From the NCBI RefSeq assembly GCF_006345805.1, contig NC_042997.1, positions 211,916,001-211,980,000 of the forward strand: a stretch of DNA of 64,000 nt. Direction: 5' to 3'. This DNA is from Octopus sinensis. Lineage: Eukaryota. Both the position numbers and the translations under genes were made by a program. Positions within the stretch are counted from its first letter, which is position 1. Each line of letters opens with the position of its first letter. This document shows, in pieces, positions 37,788-49,804 of the stretch. The notes beneath the pieces are model-generated. The model searched no databases. It had not been told where the DNA came from and was given only the letters and a program-made list of their open reading frames with translations.

Positions 37788-37892
37788 GAATCTATTGGAA
37801 TCTTGTTTATGGATATCGACATCATACGTTCCTGCCAATAACAACATGGAGAAAAGATCCTTTTTACATTCATTATCAACAGAGATTAAAGT
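37788..37892 (-). CDS. Astacin-MAM metalloprotease pro-domain exon
   Basis: Acceptor cttcccctttttttctag, donor TTC|gtaagt, phase 0 to 0. Reads TLISVDNECKKDLFSMLLLAGTYDVDIHKQDSNRF; joining to the next exon creates the RFKR furin-type site. Confidence 0.8.
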
Positions 37893-37934
37893 CTAGAAAA
37901 AAAAGGGGAAGTACTGATATGCTGCAAGCACATG

Positions 37935-38282
37935 TGGGAACATAGACACACATACATATATATATGGGTATGTACACATGCATTCACATACGCATACACA
38001 TATATGCATCTACACAGACATACAGATGTACTACACACATACATGTGTATGCAGGCATACACATGTGCACACATATACATGTATGTAGGCACATACACAC
38101 ATACACATGTATGCAAGTACATGCGCACATGCTGGTATCCACTCACACAAACTCACCACAATAATGATGAAATGGTGGTGGTGGTGGTGGTGGTGGTGGT
38201 GGTGGTGGTGGTGGTTGTGGTGGTGGTGGTGGTGGTGGTGTGGTGGTGGTGGTGGTGGTGTGGTGGTGGTGGTGGTTGTGGC
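37935..38282. repeat. (CA/TA)-rich and (GGT)n microsatellites
   Basis: Read directly. Confidence 0.9.
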
Positions 38283-38789
38283 ACTGATGGTAGTTGCAGT
38301 TTTGGTGGTAGTGGTATTCAACATATCTCAATCATTTCTATGAATCCTGGAATTACTTTCTTTCTCCAAGAGTCTCAGATTGGCCATACTTCAGTTCTAG
38401 CAGGTTGGAACACATTCTGTTTCTCCAGAAATAATGGCTATAAAGCTGAAATTCTATTTAAGGTATCGAATAATCAGGTTCCTCTCACTTGTTCACAAAT
38501 ATTTCATTTTCCTTGGATATATTTTCCTACACCATTAACAAATGAAGTGAGTTCATGGCTTGCAGGACGGCCTGCTGTGCTAACCTTGGATCGTAGAGTG
38601 ACCCGTTGTTCTTGAGGAGACCTATTGAGTCAAGTACGTCAACATCAAAATGAAAATCAAATGGAAATTGTAGTTAAGATACCCGTGCTGGTGATACGTT
38701 AAAAGCACCATCGGAACGTGGCAGATGCCAGCGCCGCCTGACTGGCGTCCGTGGCGGTGACACGTAAAAGCACCAACTGATCGTGGCCG

Positions 38790-39650
38790 TTAAGTTAAGT
38801 TAATTTTTTGGCTCAGAAAGCAAAAAGCAAGGCCATGTAGGGGGACATGGAGTTATGTACAGGGGTGTTCATGCAAAGAGTTCAGGCCATTTCTGGTCAA
38901 GAGAGGCTTTGAACCGAGCGGTCGTCGGCATCTTCACTATCTCGTCCGGCAGCTTATTCCACGGATCCGCAACCCAGACGGAGAAAGCCCCTCTCCTTCA
39001 ATTGAGATGAAATCATCGCAGATAGAGCTTTTTGGAGTAACCCCGCAGCCTACGCTCTGGATCAGGAGTGAAGAACAGCTCTTTCGAGAGGTTACACTTT
39101 CCGCTTATGATGTTGTGAGCAAGAATGAGATCACCACGGCGTCGTCGTTTTTCTAGAGAATAAAGGTCAAGCGTCTTCAGCCTTTCTTCATAAGACAAAT
39201 GCTTGAGACCAAGAACCATGCAGGTAGCCAGCTTCTGGACTCTTTCGAGATGATGTATGTCTTTGAGGAGATAAGGAGAAGAGGCTTGAATCCCGTACAC
39301 CAATATGGGTCTCATCAGCGTGACATAGAGCAGTAGGAATATGGCTGCTATGAGCATTCCGAATGACCGTCAAATCAAAAACAGAACTCCACGTGCTTTG
39401 TTGGCAGCATGGACGCACTGGGCCGAAGGCGAAAAGGAGGAATCCACCAAGATACCCAGGTCCTTTACCTGGTCGGTCCTCTCCAGCAGCAGATGACCCG
39501 GCTCGAAATCAAGTTGAGTTGCAGGAGGAGAGCCAACAGGCAGATGACAGCACTTTGGCACGTTCAGACACAGGTCCCATTCGTTTGACCATCTCCAAAC
39601 TTGGTGGAGGCATCGACAAAGATCATCTATATCACTGCAAAGAGCAACCA
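38790..39650 (-). mobile_element. CR1-clade LINE 3' fragment with a (TAACT)n-like tail
   Basis: VKDLGILVDSSFSPSAQCVHAANKA, RPILVYG..LERVQKLAT and LDLYSLEKRRRRGDLI motifs. Confidence 0.88.
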
Positions 39651-40029
39651 GTTTGCCAGCCTTGCCTGGCACGTAAAAAGCACCCACTACACTCACGGAG
39701 TGGTTGGCATTAGGAAGGGCGTCCAGCTGTAGAAACACTGCCAGATCAAGACTGGAGCCTGGTGCTAGCATGGAAAACGGACGTTAAACGATGATGATCA
39801 TCATCAATGTCAACAGACTTCCACAACACAACCAGGTTCGGTTTCTGCTTTTACATAATCTACATTTGGTGTCAGTCAATATATGCCTTTTCTTTTTGTA
39901 TATATTTTTTAATTGTAGATATTTGGAGACCCCTTACCCCAGGTTTGTAAGGGGACAGGCCATAAAGGTGTAGGGACTCCCGTCCCAGGCTTTAAGTATT
40001 GTTTCTTCCATTCTTGGTGCATTCTTCCC

Positions 40030-40770
40030 TCTTTTATTCTTGTTTTTGTTTCAGCCATTTGACTGTGGCCATGCTGGAGCACCGCATTTAGTTGAGTAAA
40101 TCAACCCCAGTACTTATTCTTTGTAAGCCTGGTACTTATTTTATTGATCTCTTTTGCTGAACTGCTAAGTTATGGGGATGTAAACACACCATCATTGGTC
40201 GTCAAGTGATGTTGTGGGGACAAACATAGAACACACATATATATATATATACATACATCATCATCATCATCGCTTAACGTCCGTTTTCCATGCTGACATG
40301 GGTTAGACGATTTGACTGGGGACTGGCAAGCTAGGAGGCCGCACCAGGCTCCAATCTGGTCTGGCAGAGTTTCTATAGTTGGATGCCCTTCCTAAAGGCA
40401 ACCACTCCGAGTGTGTAGTGGGTGCTTTTTAAGTGTCACCAGCATAGGGGGCTGGCATCGACCATGTTCAGATGGTGCTTTTTATGTGCCACTGGCATGG
40501 GAGCCAGTCAGATGGTGCTGGCATCAGCCATGTTTGGATGGTGCTTTTTACGTACCACCATCATATGTGTCAGTCAGGGTAAAGGGGGGGGGACTGGCAG
40601 CGAACATGTTGTCAGCCCCTTGCCCTAACTGGCTCCTGTGCCAGTGGCATGTTAATAATATATATACATATACACACGATGGGCTTCTTTCAGTTTCTGT
40701 CTTTGAAATCCACTCACAAGGCTTTGGTCAGCCCAAGGCTATTGTAGAAGACACTTGCTCAAGGTACCAC
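40030..40770 (-). mobile_element. SINE family B split by an RTE 3' UTR insertion (about 40258-40660)
   Basis: SINE tail at 40030-40240 and head piece at 40670-40770 flank RTE UTR modules. Confidence 0.65.
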
Positions 40771-41159
40771 CACACAGTGTGTGTTTTGAAAAGAAATCAG
40801 GAATTAAAATCAACAGCAAATTTCTTGCATGTCTTTGATTTGCAGAAAACAGAGTTTTGGTGTTGGGAAATTCAGTTAAACTTTAAACTGCTGGAATGAC
40901 ATAATATGGACAGCAAAGCAGGTGGACAAAAATATGCAAGAAATGGAGGAGGAGGAGGAGGAGTAGAAAATGATGATGATGATGATGATGAAGAAGACCG
41001 AAATAACATTCAACCAACTTGTAGATGAAGTTCTTAATGTTTACAGGTGAAGAAATATCACTTGAAAAAATATGAAATAATGAATTACCTTAGGCTGAGG
41101 AAGAGGTAGAAGGTCGGTCAGGTGGTTATGTATCACTTGTCTGCATGCATTCAAGATGA

Positions 41160-41720
41160 TGATGATCATCATCATCATCATTGTCCTTTAACATCTGCTT
41201 TCCATGCTGGCATGGGTTGGATGGTTTGACTGAGGACTGGCAAACCAGGAGGCTGTACCAGGTTCCAGTCTGACCTGGCAAAGTTTCTACAGCTGGATGC
41301 CTTTGCTAATACCAACCCCTCTGAGAGTGTAGTGGGTCCTTTTTACGTGCCACCAGCACAAGGGCCAGTCAGGTTGCGCTGGCAATGATCACGCTTGAAT
41401 GGTGCTTTTTACGTACCACTGGCACAGGAGCCAGTCTGGCGGCACTGGCAATGATCATGCTTGAATGTTGTTTCTTACATGCCACCAGCACAGATGCCAA
41501 TCAGCGGCCCTGGCAATGATCATGCTTGGATGGTACTTTTAACGTTCGACTGGCACAAGTGCCAATCAGGCAGTACTGTCATTGGCCTTGGCCACATCAG
41601 TGATTTTGATGTCACTTGCCTCAATAGGTCTTCACAAGCAAGGTTTATTGTCCAATGAATGAGGGGTATTCATAAATGGGCTGGTTATACACCACTGGCA
41701 TAGGCCACGGGTTATGGTGT
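41160..41720 (-). mobile_element. RTE 3' UTR fragment
   Basis: (CAT)n plus reverse-complement UTR modules. Confidence 0.75.
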
Positions 41721-41739
41721 TTTTGTAAAAGATGAACAG

Positions 41740-42370
41740 AGAAAACTGAGGTGCTGCAGGGGATGGTTACATCTGATAGCATCATACTGTTTGATGAGTT
41801 GTCCACAGAAGCGAAGAAGTTGCTACAAGACATTGATGATAGCAGCAAATATGTTGGTTTAAATATGGTCTTTAGTAACAATGAAGTCTCATTAGAGTTA
41901 CACAACTCAGCATCAGGAAAGAGGATTAAAAGACCAGAAACTAGAGGCGTACCACAGAATCGGTCTCGGCTGGATTACATTCAGTATGAGAGTTGCCAAC
42001 TTTGAGAAACAGAAGCATATCATTTAAAGCTGAAGAATAAATGCTTTCAGACCTCACTCACAGATGGAAAACTTAGTCATTGAGTGACACTCAAATATTA
42101 GTCACCACTCAATGCAAGAATGACCATGGCATGATGGGAGGGTCAACAAAAATACAAAGCAAACAGAACGTATTTGAATCCAAGAGAAGGGTCCAAGATC
42201 TCATTCACCAAATAAAATGGCAGAATCACAAGTTAGTGAGGCATTTTGTAGGATAGGAGACAAGGGATAGATTAAGGGATTAACAGGTGAGAGAAAGAGA
42301 TTAACAGGTGACAATGTGATGTCCATGAAGCAATAAGTGTCCAAGATGTCCAAAAGAAAGTGGGGAGACA
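41740..42370 (+). mobile_element. Old RTE (BovB-like) RT/C-terminal remnant
   Basis: DSIILFDELSTEAKKLLQDIDDSSKYVGLNM resembles RT DDIVL..LN..S..VGL.MN; downstream VQDLIHQIKWQ. Confidence 0.55.
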
Positions 42371-42499
42371 ACTTTGACCATAGGTTTTAAGGTCTACACT
42401 GGGGTCTGGTGGTCAAAGGTAATTGTTGCTGGTAGAATGGGGGGAGCACAAAGAAGGACCCATCCAGCAGGAGCAACACAGACCTTGAAGATGTTGATA

Positions 42500-42596
42500 G
42501 TTGTGTGTGTGTGTGTTGTGTGTGTGTGTTGTGTGTGTTTATGTTGTGTGTGTGTGTGTGTGTGTGTTGTGTGTGTTTGTGTTGTGTGTGTTTATG

Positions 42597-42633
<37 letters not shown>

Positions 42634-43000
42634 GTGTGTGTGTTTGTGTTGTGTGTGTGTTGTGATGTGTGTTGTGTGTGTTTGTGTTGTGGTGTGTGTG
42701 TGTTTTGTGTTTGTGTTGTGTGTATGTTGTGGTGTGTGTGGTGTGTTGTGTGTGTTTTTGTGTGTGTGTCGTGTGTTGTGGTGTGTGTGTTGTGTGTGTG
42801 TTGTGGTGTGTGTGTGTTGTGTGTGTGTTGTGTGTTTGTGTGTGTGTTGTGGTGTGTGTGTGTTGTGGTGTATGTGTGTTGTGGTGTGTGTGTATTGTGG
42901 TGTATGTGTTGTGTGTGTCTTGTGGTGTATGTGGTGTGTGTGTGTTGTGGTGTGTGTGTGTTGTGGTGTGTGTGTTTCTGTGTGTGTGTGTGTGTTGCCT
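42500..43000. repeat. Compound (TG/TTG)n tract
   Basis: Read directly. Confidence 0.95.
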
Positions 43001-43229
43001 GTGCATGTTTCAACTGATTCAAAAAGTAACTGGTAATTAATCAATAATTTGCTCCAAAGCAATATCAATAATTAGTGGTAAATCAATAATTAATAATGAA
43101 ATAACAATCAATAATTATACCTGTGACGACTTCAGGATATTGTGAGTCAAGATCTGAAACAATAATATTGAGAGAAATGTAATTAATTAGTATGTTAATT
43201 AGTTATAATGAAGTAAATTAATGAATAAT

Positions 43230-43770
43230 TTAGAGACAGAGAGGAGGAAAGAAGGGTGGTCATGGGGAGAGAGGGGGAGAAAGGTATAAGACTGTGTAGA
43301 GAGAGAGTGTGATAGAGAGATAGAGAGAATGGGAGAGAGAGAGAGAGAGAAAGGGGAGAGTGAGAGAGGGAAAGAAAGAGAGAGTGTGTGATAGAGAGAT
43401 AGAGAGAATGGGAGGGAGAGAGAGAGAGAGAGAAAGGGGAGAGTGAGAGAGGGAAAGAAAGAGAGAGAGTGTGATAGAGAGATAGAGAGAATGGGAGAGA
43501 GAGAGAGAGAGAGAGAAAGGGGAGAGTGAGAGAGGGAAAGAAAGAGAGAGTGTGTGATAGAGAGAAAGAGGAGAGAATGAGAGTGAGAGAGAGAAAGAAA
43601 GAGAGTGATAGAGAAATAGAAAGAGGAGAGAGAGAGAGAAAGAAAGAGAGTGATAGAGAGATAGAAAGAGGAGAGAAAGAGAGTGATTGAGATATAGAAA
43701 GAAGAGAGAATGAGAGAGAGTGAGAGAAAGAGAGTGATAGAGAGATAGAAAGAGGAGAGAAAGAGAGAGT
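43230..43770. repeat. Polypurine (GA)-rich tract with internal 60-70 bp repetition
   Basis: GATAGAGAGATAGAGAGAATGGGAG..AAAGGGGAGAGTGAGAGAGGGAAAGAAAG occurs three times. Confidence 0.9.
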
Positions 43771-44038
43771 GCCACTGAATGAAATACACAAAATAGTTTT
43801 TGTTGTGCAGTTTAAGATGATATGACTCAAGGGATAATCCATTGGATTAAAAAGATGCAAAATTATTTAAAGTTTAAATATACCCAAGACATTTAAAATG
43901 ATATTTTATGCCTGATGTTTGTAAAGTTATTGGTCTTTCATACATTTGCTGGTTTGAAGAATTTCAAAGAAGGTTCCTAAAGAATTGGAAATAAATGACA
44001 ACATTACCATGGAAGAAAGAAAAATAATAAGAATCATT

Positions 44039-44484
44039 GGATCTTTTCCTTTTGAAGGCCAGATTTCAACCCAATTTCTAGTTAACTAAACACTTTAAAA
44101 CTTTGTATACTGGTAGAATGTGTCAAAAGAAAACATTATTTTCACTTGGCTTTTTTGATAAATTTGTAATTCGTTTGTTTAACGTAGTTTAATTTTTCGA
44201 ATTTTAACCAATCCTATGCTCTCTTTTGAGCTGAAATCATTTGCTGCGTCTCGGATGTTGTCTCAGTTTTTAGACACAGCAAAAGATTTCAGCTCAAAAG
44301 AGAGCATAGGATTGGTTAAAATTCGAAAAATTAAACTACGTTAAACAAACGAATTACAAATTTATCAAAAAAGCCAAGTGAAAATAATGTTTTCTTTTGA
44401 CACATTCTACCAGTATACGAAGTTTTAAAGTGTTTAGTTAACTAGAAATTGGGTTGAAATCTGGCTATCAAAAGGAAAAGATCC
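44039..44484. mobile_element. Fold-back MITE, 446 bp, TIRs about 210 bp, 8-bp TSD
   Basis: GAATCATT|GGATCTTTTCCTTTTGA ... TCAAAAGGAAAAGATCC|GAATCATT; the arms are almost perfect reverse complements. Confidence 0.92.
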
Positions 44485-44779
44485 GAATCATTTAATTATA
44501 ATTAGTTTTCCTCAGTTTACCAAATTATTTCATCACCATCATCATCATCATTTAACGTCATCATCATCATCATCATCATTTAATGTATGCTTTCCATGCT
44601 GGTATGGGTTGGACAGTTTGATAGGAGCTGAGAAGTCAGAAAACTACACCGACCCCTGCTGTCTGTTTTGGCAGGGGTTTGTTTTAATGCCTGAATACTC
44701 TTCCTAATGCTAACCACTTTACAGAGTGGACTGGGTGCTTTTTTAAGTGGCACCAGCACCAGTGAGGCACCACCTGAGA

Positions 44780-47757
44780 GGTAAATGTAAGTGCCTCTCT
44801 TCAAGACTAACACACCACACTTTTTCAGTCTGAACTCCATTCTGATATCAGCACTGAAAGTATTCACCATATAAAAGAGGGAATTGACTTGAGATCCATC
44901 TTTACCAAAAAGTTTGAGGTCATCCATGAATAACAAATGGTTGACTTTTTGCTGGCAGCTCTTGAATACATACCCAGCCTTTGCTTTCCTCAGAATCAAT
45001 GTAACTGGTATCAATCACAGTACAAAGATCAGTGGGGACAGGCAGTCCCCTTAGAAGATGCCTTTCCTTATTTCTATTGTCCCTAATCTTCTTCCATATG
45101 CTGTCAGTTCTATTCCTCCACTTTGCCATATTTTTTCCAAGCACTCATTCGACATTCGATGCAATACCAAATAGGTTCATTCATTCCATAATCCAAGAAT
45201 GTGGGATCATATCATACACCTTACGATAATCAATCCATGTCATGGCTAAGTTAGTTTTCATCCTCTTGCAGTCTCTAAGTACAGTTTTGTCTACCAGGAG
45301 TTGATCCTTGGTACCTCTACACTTAGGCTTGCAACCCTTCTGCTCATGTGGCAGGACTCCAATTTTTACCAGATGTCCATACACTGACTCTGTGACTATT
45401 CCAGTCAATACTTTCCACATAAGTAGCAAACATGGTGTCGGCCTGTAATTGTCTACCGTATTGCCTTTTTCTATGTTTTTCATGCCCAGCACTGTCCTGC
45501 CCATTGTCAACCACTTTGGTGTTACTTGGTCGGCATTTATCAAAGTGTTGAGTTGTGCTGCTACTCATGCATGACATTCACCAAATCTTTTGATCCAGTA
45601 GCCTTGAACTCCATCTGGTCCCGGAGCCTTCCAGTGGCTCATTTTTTTTGCTGATTTCCTTCACTTCCCTTACTATAATGGCTAGTTCTGCTTGTTTTGG
45701 ACAGATTACTGCTTGTTTCAGTTCTTGCAACCATTCAGCATCCTTCTTGTGCTCCTTGTCTTTGCTCCAGATGTCACTCCAAAACCTTTGACTTTCATTG
45801 TTATCTGGTATCAAGTTTTCATCTGTACACTCAGTAGTGAAATATCTTCATGTAATACAATACAAACATTTAAATTGATAGGGTTTTTCTAAGGATGTGG
45901 GCAATACTTGTCAGCACAATCTTTTGAATTTCTCTGAGACATGGTTCTCCTGGGATGTTATTTAGATGTTTCTGACATCTCTTCTTTATCATACCTAGAG
46001 TACCTGCAATAACAGGAACAGTTTTCACTTTTCTATTTCAATTTCTAGGTCCTTATAGTTACTTAATTTGTCAAATTCCTTGATGGATATATTTTTATCA
46101 TTGGGAACACTTACATCTATTAGCCTACAAGTATTTTCTTCCCTGACCTTAATGACTATGCTTGGTCAATTATCCTAGATTGTTCTGTTGGTGTTGACTA
46201 GAAAATCCCAGAGGATAGTGACATTTTCACCTCCAACAACTGGCTCGGGATGATGTTCATAACAGTAAGCAGGAATGCTGATTTTGTAGTGTTCATGTAT
46301 TTTCCAATGTAAATCCTACCCTATCGTGATTTTTGTATTCATTTGGTGTCAGCACAGGACATCCTGAGATGAGATGGTCTGTTGTTTCATCAAATGTGTC
46401 ACAGAATCTGCATTTAGGGTCAGAACCATTTTGAAGAACGTTAGCTTAGTAATCTTTTGTAAGCAAGCTTTGATCTTGTGCACACAATATGAAACCTTCA
46501 GTTTCTACTTTTCAATCCTGAACTTCTCAGCTACTGATGGGTTGTTGCTTGGTTTACATTAGTATTTTGGCTTCAAAGTATATACTGTTTATGTGGAAGC
46601 GTTTGGATTTACCACTCCTCAGTTTGTTTCTGACCATTTTTGCAGTCTGCTTGATCCATTTTGCTTGTTTGGTGGCAGTGGTTTCAGGTTCATCTAATTC
46701 AGGGTTAATGCCAAGTTCCCTTGTGAATTTGCAAGCTCACTTGACAATAGAATGTGACTTTTTGTTGCTTTCGTGTTTGCAGACAAGCTGCTGCATCCAG
46801 TCCTCTGTACTAGATAAGTACCTGTTCATTGCAATTGTGGAGGTTTTATAGCACAGTTCTACCTGCATCATTCCTTTTCCCTCCATTACTTCTAGGTAGG
46901 TACAGACGGTCATGGGTGGTGCATGTTCTTAGATGTTAGTAGTTTTCTGTTCTTCTTCTCATTATTCTTTTTAAATCAGGTTTTGTTGGAACCCCTGGAG
47001 TCTTGCACGCAGAGCAGGCTTGCTACCTTCAGCCTATGGTACCATGCTATCCATTCTTTTCACCTGTCTAATTCTTTCCTGATTATTCTGGCTGTGCCAA
47101 GGAAGTAAACCTTTTGTAACAGTTCTACTGGGCATTCTATTCCAATTTCTTTTTTTATTCCTCTTCATGCCTTCTGATTCCCCAAGGACCCAACAATAAT
47201 TGGCACTATCTTCACCTTCTTCATTTTCTAAAGCCAGGTTATTTCATACTTAAGTGGATTGTATATATCAACTTATTATTATTATTATTATTGAGTGAGA
47301 GAGCAGTGCATGCCATCAAAGTAACATTGGGGTAAAGTATAGGAAGCCCAGTATACCCATCAAGACTACCCATCTGATAAGGGTACACCAGGCACATGCA
47401 TCACAACCATATGTGCGTGACATGGTAACCCTATATCAAGATAAACAGTGCATGATCTTGTAAGTGGAGCCCAGTTAGAATTTTCTTCAGGTTGACTAGT
47501 CCATCCTGCTCAAAAGGTCTCTGAATAAGGGTTGGTTGTTGAATGATGATGAACAAAACACCTCAGGATGCATCCATGTTTCCTGAGGTGAATTATTCAA
47601 ACCCCACAGAATTCCTCTCAATGCATGGCTTTGATACTCCCCCATGACTTCTACTCTTGATCAGAGAGGCATATATCGCCTGCCACTAAGGGACATGCTC
47701 AGCTGGTTATAGTCAAACAACTGACAAGCAAATCTGGTATTGAACGGATATTATTAC

Positions 47758-47791
<34 letters not shown>

Positions 47792-48700
47792 GTTATCATC
47801 ATCATCATTGTTATAACTCCTTTCATTCATTCACCATTTTATTGTTGCCTTCGTTTATTAGATATCAAGCTACACCACACAACCTTAAGTATTGGCACCG
47901 CTATTACAGCCGTTGCTCTGCCAAGCAAACATTCTTTCTGGTAGAATCAGGACATTCCTCTTGATATCCAACAGCTTTCACCAACCATTCTAATTTCTTG
48001 CCTCCCTCCCTCAGGTTCCAATTATAATTGGGAAAAAAAACTTTATGGCAGTTCCAAATATTTTAGGCCATGTTATTCCTTTATTCTCTCACATTCTTTG
48101 TCGACCATTCCTGTTCCAAACAGTCAAGCATCATCAATTAAACAACACACTTGTTCCTCCTTATTGAGTGCAACAATACCTGGGGGTTTCCATAGTGTTT
48201 CATATCTAACAGTACCTTCAGATGGCCATCTCCAAGGATGTGTTCCATTTTATGGCCATACTATTTTCCCATATGTTGTTCAAATCCAGAATTTCTTACA
48301 GATTTGCCAATGTGTGGTTGTAACAGTCTTGTCATGTCTCCAGTTATTAGAAACCCCCTGAGCAGGCATTTTACATTCAGGGACGACATCTGCAGCCATC
48401 ACTTTCACCACACACTCTCTACATTTAGTTGAGATGTCGTCTTTATCTGTATTCTTCCTAACATATCTTGCTCTGTTTGGCTTGATACTGTACAGAGACG
48501 ATGAAACCTCTTTGTCTTTTCCTATAATACTTTCCTTTTTAACCTTTGAAATGACTTCTGATTTGAAAAACTTTGTGTAACCATTTTGTATGTCAGTTCT
48601 ACCTCTGAGGACTTCCATTTTCTCTTCATTCAGCTATTAACAGCACCTCATCACTGTCAGCAATGCATATTTTTCAACTCTCCTCTTCTACATCCACAGT
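44780..48700 (-). mobile_element. Mosaic of Dong/R4-like LINE fragments including RT motifs
   Basis: NYRPTPCL..EQKGC..GTKDQLL..WIDYRKVYDMIPHSW (45181-45543) and NHLLFMDDLKLF (44580-45014); other repeats are interleaved near 47275-47930. Confidence 0.75.
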
Positions 48701-48742
48701 TTTCTGTAGCTATCAGTCCACTTCATCCATCCTTTCACTTAA

Positions 48743-48963
48743 CCCTTTCGTTACTGTATTTCTGTTGAGATGCTCTGAGTTTCTTTCAATTACTTTAGAT
48801 ATAACAAAGAATTTAGTAAAATAACTAAATTCTCATTCAGCTAGTGTTAGAAATATAAATTGTGACTAAGGTTTGGTGGAAGATTTGAATTCAAAACTTA
48901 TGAAAACAAGACATTTGTACTACAGAGCCAGAGCTGGTTTCAGCTGGGTTGGTAACGAAAGGG
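48743..48963. mobile_element. piggyBac-type MITE, 221 bp
   Basis: TTAA|CCCTTTCGTTAC ... GTAACGAAAGGG|TTAA (perfect 12-bp TIR). Confidence 0.88.
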
Positions 48964-49804
48964 TTAAAGAAACAACCAGCCAACGTCTGCTTGTCAGTAT
49001 AAAGCTTCATAGATTTTCTAGAATGTTCCTTGTCTCAACCTTGTCAAGTTCTTCCTTTGTTCACTTTATCCTTTCACTGTTCTCCTCAGGATGGAGATGG
49101 CTTTTGTGTTTATGGCAGCAATATTTAAACCATTGAAATTTGGATCATAGGATGCCCGTTATCCTTTAGGAATATTCTTTCTTGACTTTAACTTTCACTG
49201 TTTTATCCTTTATAATACCACCAGCATCCAAGACTTCAATTTATCTGTATCTATCATACCATCTTCATCATCATCATCATAATCAAATACCTTAGTTGAG
49301 ATTATTAATAATTCACAACACACAATTATAAACTATTTAAGTTTGGGTTTCAAAAGAGAAAAACAAGAAAAGTGAACCAAGAAAAAGCTGAAATGGAGAA
49401 TGATTCCAAGAATGAATTCTTTTCTTTGAGGGTAAATATTATAAATACTCTGGATTTTAAAATGATTTTACATTGTAGAAGGAAAAAATTGGGGAGGAAA
49501 AGCTAAAAATTGAAGATAAATTTAAAACATATGTAAAAAAAAAAAAAAAAGCGATAACAATAGCAGAAAATAATAGAATCAATTTTTAATGTTTTTGATA
49601 CGCACTTACTTAAAACTGTTTGTAGTTCTATAATGCAAAAACTGTGCTTTAATGTAAAGTAAAACTTTCCATCGAAATTTCATATAAATTTTTGTACCAA
49701 ATGAGTTATTGTGAAATCATACGCGGACTTCATTACAGCAGAAGTTTAGTAACAAAAGGGTTAAGGTAGAAAAAATAGATTAGTTGTGAAAGTTGATGAC
49801 ATAC

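Noticed and set aside
42374-43860. Cys/Val-rich, His/Thr-rich and Ser/Leu-rich ORFs
   Set aside because: Translations of (TG)n and (GA)n tracts; not metallothionein- or keratin-like genes.
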